DNA from: Octopus sinensis
Lineage: Eukaryota
NCBI RefSeq assembly: GCF_006345805.1
Contig: NC_043025.1
Location: 15,252,001-15,316,000 of the forward strand
Direction: 5' to 3'
DNA length: 64,000 nt
Shown here: positions 25,201 to 36,300 of the stretch, one piece after another
Layout of the letters: every line of letters starts with the position of its first letter
Numbering within the stretch: position 1 is the stretch's first letter
Notes under the pieces: generated by a model
What the model was told of the DNA's origin: nothing
The model's input: the letters and a program-made list of their open reading frames with translations, nothing else
Database searches by the model: none
Translations under genes and position numbers: made by a program

Positions 25201-28200
25201 CGTCCTATACACAACAGTAGCTGTTCGACATAAACCCATAGTTCAGCAATACTCGGGCTCTGGACAAGTGCATGCAGAACGGTTTTGTCGTGCTGGGTGC
25301 ACCTTGGGCAGGCCCGTCGTGTGTGTTATGCCTCTGGCTCCCACTCTCTTCCACTATGCGTGTGTGTGTGTGTGTGCCTCTCTTTTTCTTCTTCACCCTC
25401 TCTCCCCCTTATTTTTCTCTCTCTTTCCTTCACTCTATCTCTGTTACCCTCTTCCACTCTCTCTCTATTTCTCTCCTTCACTCTCTCTCTCTCTCTCTCT
25501 GTATATATATGTCTATATCTACATATCTATATACCTATATGCATACATGTATCTTTCTCTCTCTCTCTCTCTCCTTTGTCATGCACACTCTCGGGGACAG
25601 GCTGCTACTGCCGCTGCTGCTGCTGCTGCTTCCCAACGCAACCACCCATCCTCCACGACAGCAGCAGCCTCATCACCACCGCTTCCGCCATTACCATCAC
25701 CACCACCGCCACCACCAGCCCAACACACCAACGATGATTATGAGGTAAAGCAGTGTAGCAGGGGGCAGGCAGTGGGGGGCAAAGGACAGGGAGGAGGGAT
25801 TTTTTTTTACCCTTACCCCCACCCCCACCCTTCCACTCATTCAGTGCACTCGAGCACCCTTCACTTTTACATTCCATTTCTGACCCCTTGGGCTGTTTAT
25901 TAAGATGCTAACCACCACCACCACCACCACTCCTCCCAAGCTAAACCCATTAAACTCATTTAGGCTTCATTAAAGGTTTTTCCATCTTTGTGACCCTTGA
26001 TACAGTCTGTCCTTAGCCTTAGTTCCTCTCCTGTACAGTTGGCCCCTACATCAAGCAGTGAGACCTCTTCAATCTCTGGTTTTCAGTATAGCTGCCAGTA
26101 TCTTCCCAACTGATACAATTTGGTGCTACAGCTCTTTTTAGGGGGGGTTTTTTCATACCCGTCTTGGGTCTTCATTTTTCTCACAACCTCCTGCATCTTC
26201 CCAAGTGCTTCTAAGTTGCTTCTGATCTTCGTAGGTGGTGTACCCTGTCTCTTTGGGGTTTCCCTTTCTTTCTTTTTAGCCCTCTACCCATTCCTACTGT
26301 AAAGCTATCTTCGGTCTTCATTCTTCTCTTAGTCCCAGCATCTTCCCAAGTGCTGCTACGTTGCTTCAGATTTTCGAAGGTCTTCTTGAGTTTCCCTCTT
26401 TTCCTTTGTCCCTCTAGTGGTACCCATGTTTCACTCTTCTTTCCCTCACACCCTCCCCCTCGACCTGCTCAGTCTGGCCCTCCCAGCTCTTCACAGTTTC
26501 TGGTTCTGTCCTTGTCGGTGATTTTCAGTATTTTGTGTATTTTCACTATTGGTGGAACACATTTGACCCCTGATGAATTATTTTCAAATCTTTGTCTTCA
26601 TTAAATGCTTATTTTTGTGATCCTTAGATAATCGAACCATTAAGGCTTAATTGAAGGGTCTCCCTCTTTGTGATCTGCATCCTAAATCCTTCAGTGATGA
26701 TGGCAGTTTCTTCATGTTCAAAGATCCTGTGGAAGAGCAGTGACCTGTCAACCAGCCCCTGATGCCCCTGAGCTTTCTTCCTGCTTATGCTTAAGTTTTA
26801 AGTTGAGAGTCACTTTGCTCAATCTGTTCCCATTCTTTAGACTTTGATGTCTGGCTAAAGTGGCTCAGTGATTTCAGATGGCTGCAGTGCTCAGCAAGTT
26901 GTAGGTTTTACATTAGAGTGGCCTTCTGTTAGGTGGACTGTGTTACGGGGCTGGAGTTACTGGAAGGGTGTCAAAAATGGCAACCAGACCCCTTGAGGAA
27001 CTTCACTCCTTGATTCGCTGTCCAGGTTGATTCCTCAACTCATTTCCTTTCCCAAGGCACTCACAAAGCAGTGAGAGTTTGTGCCCAGAGTTTCTTCCAT
27101 AACCTGCTAATCAGCCCCTAGCTGGGGCCCTGACAGTTGCTACTACTAAGAGTCAGAGAAGAGCTGGGTTCCAAATGAGTTAAAGCATGGTACCACACTC
27201 CTTAAAACCCTGGAACTCCCAAATCAGGGTTCTGCTACCAGAAGAAGTTTAAAATCATACCGTGGATTAAACCCTTCAATAATAATTCATTAAAAGATTA
27301 GGGATGTTGGGTGTGTTGTGGGGAGGTTTGCTTCTCTCAACAAAGGGTTTATTTGGGGTCGGGGTGCAGAGGGTAAGGCATTAGTCTTTATGATCTTTGA
27401 CCACTTTGGACCTTGGGTCACCACTGAAGCTTTTATCTGCTCTCCTCCTATAACCCCATCTCCACAATGTCCACCACAGCCTTCACTTCACCATCAACTG
27501 ATGATGAGGAGGAGGATTCATTCATGTGAGGAAGGATGTGCACAGGTATCAGAAAGGCATGAATGTCACAACGCAGCACCCGATTTCCTTACCTCCCTTT
27601 CCCTCTTCACTTTGAAAACCTTTGTCCTTTAATACTAGACTAACAGACCATGTCATCATCATCATCATTCTCATTGTCGTCATCATCAACATCATATTTG
27701 TTATCAGCGTTGCCATCATCACCACCATCATCATCATTGTTGCTGTCATGGCTATATATGAAAGGGTTTGAAAAAAAATGGTTTAAAGCCTTCATTGTCA
27801 CCATCATAATCACCACCACCTTCGCAATCATCATCATTATTTGCAATTAAAAAAAGAGAAAAAAAGGCACTAATTATAAGAGTCGGACAAAATGCCTTGC
27901 AGCAGTCGAGTTTAGGTTTGTCATGTTCTGGGATCAAATCCTGCCATGGTCATGCTTTTCTGTTCATGCTGTCATACAAAGCACCTGTAAAATACTGGAC
28001 TTGATCTAATCAACAACCCCCCCCCCCGGTGCCATGGTGGAATTAACAGTCACGTCATTGAAATATCTCAAAGCTATAAGATAATGCATAATTAAGAACA
28101 AAGTGAATGAAGAAGCATCATATTTAAGAGAGAGAAAGCTGAATGTTACAGGGTTAAGCATCAACCATTTGCAATTTGTGAATTTTCAATAGAATCAGGA

Positions 28201-30308
28201 ATATGCGTTGGTGTTGTTTGACCATATTGTTGTAATATTGTGAATGGCATTGCGAGGATCTTCATGGGATCTTTTCGGTTTGACCGGCAGGTTTTTAAAA
28301 TAATTTCCACGTAACTAAACACTTTTAAACTTCGTATACTGGTAGAATGTATTTATAAAACATCTTTTTCTCTTGGCTTTATTGGGAAAATTCTATAGTT
28401 TCTAAGATATTTGTTGTTTTTTTTTCTTCAATTTCTGCAATTTCAAACAATCAATGACGTCTATTGAGGTAAAAAAACATTCTGTGCCGTTTGAATATGT
28501 CCCTCGTTTAAGAAACAGATTGGGTTTGTTTACATTTGTGAAGAAAAAAAGATACCATTCCCCCACCCCTAACTAACCCTAACCCTAAAAGAGATTGAAA
28601 TGCAATAGATCGATACTAGGGTCATAATTATGGGTGACAATTTCATATGACACTGCTAGAAAAAACTGCCGTTCAAACCGAAAAGATCCTCTTCATGTAC
28701 TTTGGCTCTTAAAATATTCTTTCTTGTTGGGCAAAAATTCATTATCAATGGGAAATACCTAAGAACGGTGATATTTCAATAGATTCCATGACTGGCAGTC
28801 CACTGGCACAAATCAGTCAATGTTGTATTTTAGGTAAACCTTTATAAGATCTGTTTAAAGTTGTCTCCCGTAGGTATTTCTCACTGACAAAAGCTAAGGA
28901 GCTACAAACATCGATGTTGGGAATCCTGATAGAGGGCGACACTGAACAGATATGGTTGTTTCTTAACACCTTTTTGCTTTAAGAGAAAAGTTTCACCACA
29001 GTAAAAGCAGTGAATTTATTTTTTAGTAGTTGAAATATGTCACAAACAGACTTTAACTAACCTAAACTTTGCCTAAACACTGCTTGGAGATAATATTTCA
29101 GTTACATATATATATATTATATATATATATATATAGATAGATAGATATATATATATATACACACTCAAAATAAGCAACAAGAATAACTTTGGTAATTTGG
29201 TACGATTGTTTCACGCTACATCATTTTATTAAATGTTGTAAGTATTACAACAGTTTTAAAATGTTGAGCAATCATCAGCCTTTAAAAGAGGTTTTCCATT
29301 AATACATAATTTTCATATCTTGTTGCTTATTTTGATTATAATCAACCCATGGATTTATATGGATAACACCATACAAAATTCTGGTGCATCTAACTTAAGT
29401 ACCATATTCATTTGAATCTAAATTTTGCTGAACATATATATATATATATATATTTTCTGTTGTGTCTGGGGAGAGTCTTTCTCTTTTGGTGCCTTATAAT
29501 TTAACACACTCAGCAGTAAAATTTCCACTTATTTCTTTTTTTATTTTTCTATATAGATATAGATATATATATAGATATATATATATCTATATATAGATAG
29601 ATATATATATAGATAGATATATATATATATATATAGATAGATATATATATATATCTATATATATAGATAGATATATATATATATCTATATATATAGATAG
29701 ATAGATATATATCTATATATATAGATAGATAGATGTATTTTTATATATATATTTCATTTTCAAAGACTACTGAAGAAGTTGCAAGAAGCAACGAAAATTT
29801 TAGAAAAATAAAAAAAGAAATAAGTGGAAATTTTACTGCTGAGTGTTAAATTATAAGGCATCAAAAGAGAAAGACTCTCCCCAGACACAACAGAATATGC
29901 TTCAAGACATATATATATATATGTTCAGCAAAATTTAGATTCAAATGAATATGGTACTTAAGTTAGATGGACCAGAATTTTGTATGGTGTTATCCATATA
30001 AATCCATGGGTTGATTATAATCAAAATAAGCAACAAGATATGAAAATTATGTATTAATGGAAAACCTCTATTAAAGGCTGATGATTGCTCAACATTTTAA
30101 AACTGTTATAATACTTACAACATTTAATAAAATGATATAGCGTGAAACAATCGTACCAAATTACCAAAGTTATTCTTGTTGCTTATTTTGAGTGTGTGTA
30201 TATATATATATAAGCACCATTTGAGCATGATCATTGCCAGTACCGGTTGGCTGGTCCCATACCAGTAGCACAGGTGCTATGCCAATGACTTCACTTGCCA
30301 CTCAATAG

Positions 30309-30346
<38 letters not shown>

Positions 30347-33300
30347 AGTGCAGCATAACCAACCCGTTTAAGAGCAGCCTTCAATCATTGGACAATAAAC
30401 TGCGCTTGCAAAGACCTGTTGAGGCAAGTGAAGTCCTTGTCTTGGCACCTGTGCTACTGGCATGGGACCAGTGAACCGAATCTGGCAATGATCATGCTCA
30501 AATGGTGCTTATTACATTCCACTGGCACGGGTGCCAATCAGGCGGTACTGTCATTGGCCACGACAACGACTTCACTTGACTCAACAGGTCTTTGTAAGTG
30601 CAGTTTATTGCCCAGTGATTGAAAGGTTTTGCTGCACTGGCACCATGGTTATGGGCCCACTTGGCTTGCTGAGTCTTCTCAAGCACAGCTTATCTCCAAA
30701 AGTCTCGGTCACTTGTCATCGCCTCAGTGAGGCCCAACGTTCAAAGGTCGTGCTTCACCACCTCATCCCAGGTCTTCCTGGGTCTACCTCTTCCACAAGT
30801 TCCCTTCACTGTTAGGGTGTGACACTTTAGCACACGGCTGTCCTCATCCATACGCAGCACATGACCATACCCGCACAGTCATCTCTCTTGCACACTGCAT
30901 CTAAAGCTTCTTATGTCCAACTTTTCTCTCAGGGTGCTTACACTCTGTTGAGCATGCACACTGACATTACACATCCAGTGGAACATACTAGCTTCATTCT
31001 TTGCAAGCTTACACATGTCCTCAGCAGTCATGACCCATGTTTCACTGCCATGTTGCTTTTGATGAACTACTAAGTTATGGGGACATAAGCCAGTGCCAGT
31101 TTGTGTTGGGGTGGGTGGTGGGGCAAAAATAAAGACACACACATATATTATGATATATATGTGTGTGTGTGTGTGTGCATATATATGTATATATATGTGT
31201 GTGTGTGTGTATATGATGAGCTTCCACACAGTTTCTGCCTTCCAAATCCATTCACAAGTCATTGATCAGCCTGGGACTATCGTAGAAGACCCATGGCCAA
31301 GATGCTGTTCTGAGGGGCTGAACCTGAAAGCACATGGTTGCAGAATGAGCCTCCTAACCACACTGCCACACCTGCACCTCTGTAAGTATTCCACCAACAC
31401 TGTGGGCCCTAAATATAATTCCCAGGGAAGCTCAACATGGCACAGCCTCTAAAACCGTTCCTCAATGTATTTCAAAGACATGGCACAGTCACACATTGAA
31501 GAATACTTGAGTGTTGAGGGATCAAGATCTTTACTCAGGCCTTCTTTTGATGTAATTAGTTAGAACTGCTTGAGATATACGAGGTGAAGGCATTGTGGCC
31601 TTGTGGTTAAGGCATTGCACTCACAATTTCAGCGTCTTGATTTCAATTCCTGGACTGGGTTGTGCATTGTGTTCTTGAGCAAGACACTTCATTTCACATT
31701 GCTCTGCAATCAATCACTTTGATACCTGATGTATGGCACAGTGTGCCTGTTCAGGCAATGTCAATTTGATGGAGAAAATGAGCTAATGGTCGGCACAAGT
31801 GTTTAATCACTACGAAACCGATCATTTGTGCTGGAGGAGGTTGTTCAGCAAGAACTAGCAGGACCTTCTTCTGTCCCCTATGACAGGAGAGTCGATCAGG
31901 TTTGTGATGGAATCCATAGCAGGAATCATCAAGTAATGACAAATGAACACTGCTTTGTTGGGAGCTTTTCCGTTTGACCGGCAGTTTTTAAAAATAATTT
32001 CCACGTAACTAAACACGTTTAAACTTCGTATACTGGTAGAATGTGTTTATAAAACATCTTTTTCTCTTGGCTTTATTGAGAAAATTCTATAGTTTGTAAG
32101 GTATTTTCTTCAATTTTGGCAATTTCAACCAGTCAATGACGTCTATTGAGGTGAAAACATTATCTACCGTAAAATTTTCTGGCGGTGAAATATGAAAATG
32201 TCCATCATTTAAGAAACAGATTGGGTTTATTTACATTTCTGAAGGAAAAAAGATACCCTTCCCCCTAACCCTAACCCTAACAGATTGAAATGCAATAGAT
32301 CGATACTAGGATCGATACTGGACACATAAAGAGGGAACGATTTTGTTATCCAGCTCTGTTTACGTGTGATCCCTCAGTTTATGGCCACAGGGTATCTTTT
32401 TTCTCATAAAAAACAGACGTTTTCATATGACGCCACCAGAAAATGTTACAGCAGAAATCGTTTTCACCTCAATAGACGTCATTGATTGGTTGAAATTGCC
32501 GAAATGCAAGAAATATAGAATTTTCTCAAGAAAGCCAAGAGAAGATGCTGCTTTATAAACACATTCTACCATTATACGAAGTTTAAAAGTGTTTAGTTAC
32601 GTGAAAATTATTTTTAAAAACTGCCGTTCAAACGGAAAAGATCCCTTTGTTGCATTGAGTGCTCTTTCTGTTTATGCTCTTCACTGTCAAAACAAAAATC
32701 TCTGTTTCTGTATCTCTCTCTCTCTCTCTCTCTGCACTCTGACCGACAGGAATTGACCAAGGAAATCGAATTAATCAAAGCCCAGAAGCTCCAGCTGGAG
32801 ACGGATCTGAATGACGTCCGTTCCAGCAGCCTTGCATTGGAGGAAAGCCTTCAGGTGACGAAGACGGAGAAGGAGGAAACGGCGGAGAAACTGCAGAAGC
32901 AAGTGAACTGTTTACAGAATGAACTGGAAGAGAAGACCAAGGAGATGGTGGTTGCTAAGGAGACGCTGCAGAAGGAGATGGAAGGGGTTCAAAGCCAACT
33001 GAAGAGCAGCCAAAGTACACAGCAGACAGCAGAGGAGAATTATACCAAAAATAAAGAGGAGATGGAGAGGAAATACGAAGATTTATTGACGGAAAAGAAA
33101 ACCAGCGACAATGAACGTGAAGAGGCCCTCAAGAAACTCTACCAATTACTTATCGGTAAGATGGAATTATTGGTTTGTTTTAATGTTTGCTCTCTCTCTC
33201 TTGCCCAACTTCTCTTTCTCCCTCCCTCCTCTCTCTCTCTCCCCCTCCCCCTCTCTCCCTCCATCGCTCTCTCCATCTCCCTCCCTCCCTCTCTCTCTCT

Positions 33301-36300
33301 CTCCCCTTCTCTTCCTCCCTCTCTCTCCCCTTCTCTTCCTATCTCTCTCTCCATCTCTCTCTCCCCTTCTCTTCCTCCCTCTCTCTCCCCTTCTCTTCCT
33401 ATCTCTCTCTCCATCTCTCTCTCCCCTTCTCTCTCTCCCCCTCCCCCTCTCTCCCTCCATCGCTCTCTCCATCTCCCTCCCTCCCTCTCTCTCTCTCTCT
33501 CCATTCTCTTTTTTCTCCCTCTTCTCCCATTGTTCTCTCTTTCATCTTCTCACTTTATTTTTCAGATCCCTGACTCTCTTTATTGTAACAAAACCTGGCT
33601 TAGTGACCAGGATATTGAACTCCTGATCATAAAGCCTTTGGTGGTTCTATTCTCAGGCCCAGCAACACATTTTGCTCCTTGAGCAGAACACTTCATTTCA
33701 TGTTGGTCCAGTCTATTGAGTAGTAAAAGGAGATATCATTGCAGAGGACTAGCAACCTATCCTGGGAGAAATCTTGTATTTCTACCCAATCACGCATAAA
33801 AATATTTTAAAAACTGGGATAAGTTTGTGTTGGATGAGCATGTGTGGCTGTCTGGTAAGAAGTTTTCTCTCCAACCACAAGGTTCTGGGATCATTCCTAC
33901 TGTGTGGTACTTTGAGCAAGTCTCATGTGCTACAGCTCTGGGTCAACCAAAGATTTGTGAGTGGATCTGGTAGATGGAAACTGTGGAAGCCTGTAATGTG
34001 TGTGTGTGAGTATGCATGTCTGTGTGTATATGTTTCTATGTGTCTGTGTTACCATCTCCTTGCCTTGACATTGTGTAATAGTCGTAAACGAGTGTCCCTG
34101 TCATACAGGCAGTGTCCTTTGTTTCCTATCTTCCATGAAGAACGTGTCTGGTCATGAGGAAAGCTTACCTTCGTTGGAAACAGGTTGACAGGAAGAGCCA
34201 TCTGACTGTAGAAAATCTGTCTCAAGGAATTCCTTCCGACCCATGCAAGCATGATTATAGCATAGTGGGGGTCGGGGGATAGGGTAAATATCTGGATTAA
34301 CTAAAACTAATTGCAGTGGTTGGACAAAATAATGGAAACACCTTAAAATTTATTTTAATATGGGGTAGGACTGCCTTTGCCAGTAATTACACCTTGAATT
34401 CTACAAGGTGTGAACTTGTACAAAGTTTGAATTGTTTCCAAAGGAATTTTAGTCCATTCTTCAGCTAAAACAGTCTCCAGTTTTTGTAGTGATGATGGTG
34501 GAGGATATCGACTCCTTACTTGTTTTTCTAAAATGTGTCATTAATGTTCAATAATATTGACATCTGGGGACTGTGGTGGCCAGATAAGACGTTCAGCTTC
34601 ACTAGAATGTTCCTCGTGCCATTCAGTAACAACTTTAGCTGTGTGAATTGGTGCATTATCATCCTGAAAGATTGCATTTCACTCTGGAAACAGTTCCGCA
34701 ACCATAGGATGAATTTGATCAGATAAAATGCTTAAATAGTCTTGACTATTAATTCTGCCATGAAGGGAAACCATTAGGCCGGTGGATTTCCATGATATAG
34801 CCCCTCAGATCATCACAGGTCCTCCTCCGTGTTTAACAGTTGGAAGTAGGCAGTCTGGGTCAAATGCTTCTTTTGGCTGTCTCCACACGTATACTCAACC
34901 TGTGATCGGAAATACGGTAAAGGATGACTTGTCTAGAAAATAACATTCTTCCACTATTCTAGGGACCAATTCTGTAGGTTTTTACTCCACTCTAAACGCT
35001 TAGTTTATGGAAGTAGTAGTTTTCTGATTGCAGCCCACCCGGTTTTGTGCAGCTCCCAGTGAGCAGTTTTGTGGAAACTGGGTTCTCGATGTGGTCATTA
35101 AGCTCTGCCGTAATTTTGGGAGCTGTACTTTTGTGATCGTTTCTAACAATTCAGGTGAGAGTCTGAGGTCCCTATCTGACAGTTTTTGTTTTCTTCCGGA
35201 GTTTTGTTTCGACGAGGAGGTTTTTTTCTTCCTTTCTCAAAGGCTGTCATTACTTTCCAGACAGTACTCTTTGATACACCAAACATACGAGCACCAACAA
35301 TTTGACCTCTTTGAAAGTCCGATAGATTTGTCATTTTAATTACCTTTTTCTGATATCTGCAAAGAAACAGCAATTTTAGCAAAACATTAAGCAACACTAA
35401 TAATAAATTTTTTTTTTTAAATATAATAAAGAAGCTTTTGACGGTTTTAGAGATATTTCAAAATTATCCTAGGTGTTTCCATTATTTTGTCCAACCCCTG
35501 CATATGAAAACTTAACTCAATGGTTCTCAACCTTTTTTTGCATTGGCCCCATTTTAAGTAGTTGCTATGCCTGACTCCCACCAAAGAGGTGAGTGAGGTA
35601 TCACAACTCAACTAACTTACAATAGATGACAATTTATAAATTTTCCTCTCAGAATGGATTCTCTAAGCTTAACAGTGAAATGATTAAAAAATTCATAAAG
35701 ACAAAAGTTGTAATTTTTACATAATACATTGCAAGTTGATGACTTCCGTGTGCCTGATGAGATCCCATTTCATTTTAATAACTGTTACTAGTCTTAATCA
35801 TGTATAATTACTGCTATAGGTAAAATTTAGTATGTTATATTACCTAACTACCTACTAAGACCTAACGTCCTCTTTGACATGCTCGGTTGAGAACCTCTGT
35901 CTTATTTTGTCATCTTTATTTTCCAAATGTAAAAAGCACCCAGCAGACACTCCGTGGAGTGGTTGGCATTGGGAAGGGCATCCAGCTGTAGAAACCTGGC
36001 CAAAACAGACAATTAGAGCCAACTCCTGTCAAACCATTCAACTGATACCATCAGTGAAAACAGACGTTAAGTGATGATGCTGATGGTAACCATAACCCTT
36101 ATTCTTCTGCTGTTTTTCATTTTCAGAAAGCTGTGTAAAGCAATGCAACTCAATTCTCTTGGATGCCACAGAACAATCGGACAATCTTCTCCACCTTACT
36201 GTAGGTTGCTCAGCAGGTAAGTGACCAATGAGAGAGGACTATGTGGTGGTGGTGAGGGCTTGCAGATCTCCAAAGGAAAGACAGAGGGTGGGACATTTTG

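Noticed and set aside
27480-27545. 66-nt phase 0-0 AG/GT segment ([12 protein letters not shown]...)
   Set aside because: The peptide is implausible for the coiled coil, the splice sites are mediocre, and such a segment is expected by chance in a 12-kb intron.
30140-30160. GAAACAATCGTA within the palindrome arm
   Set aside because: Resembles a decayed GAAACGATCGTA, but no core or stem I can be placed.
28565-32281. (CCCTAA)3 as interstitial telomere
   Set aside because: Only three units, inside MITE copies at about 28568 and 32263.
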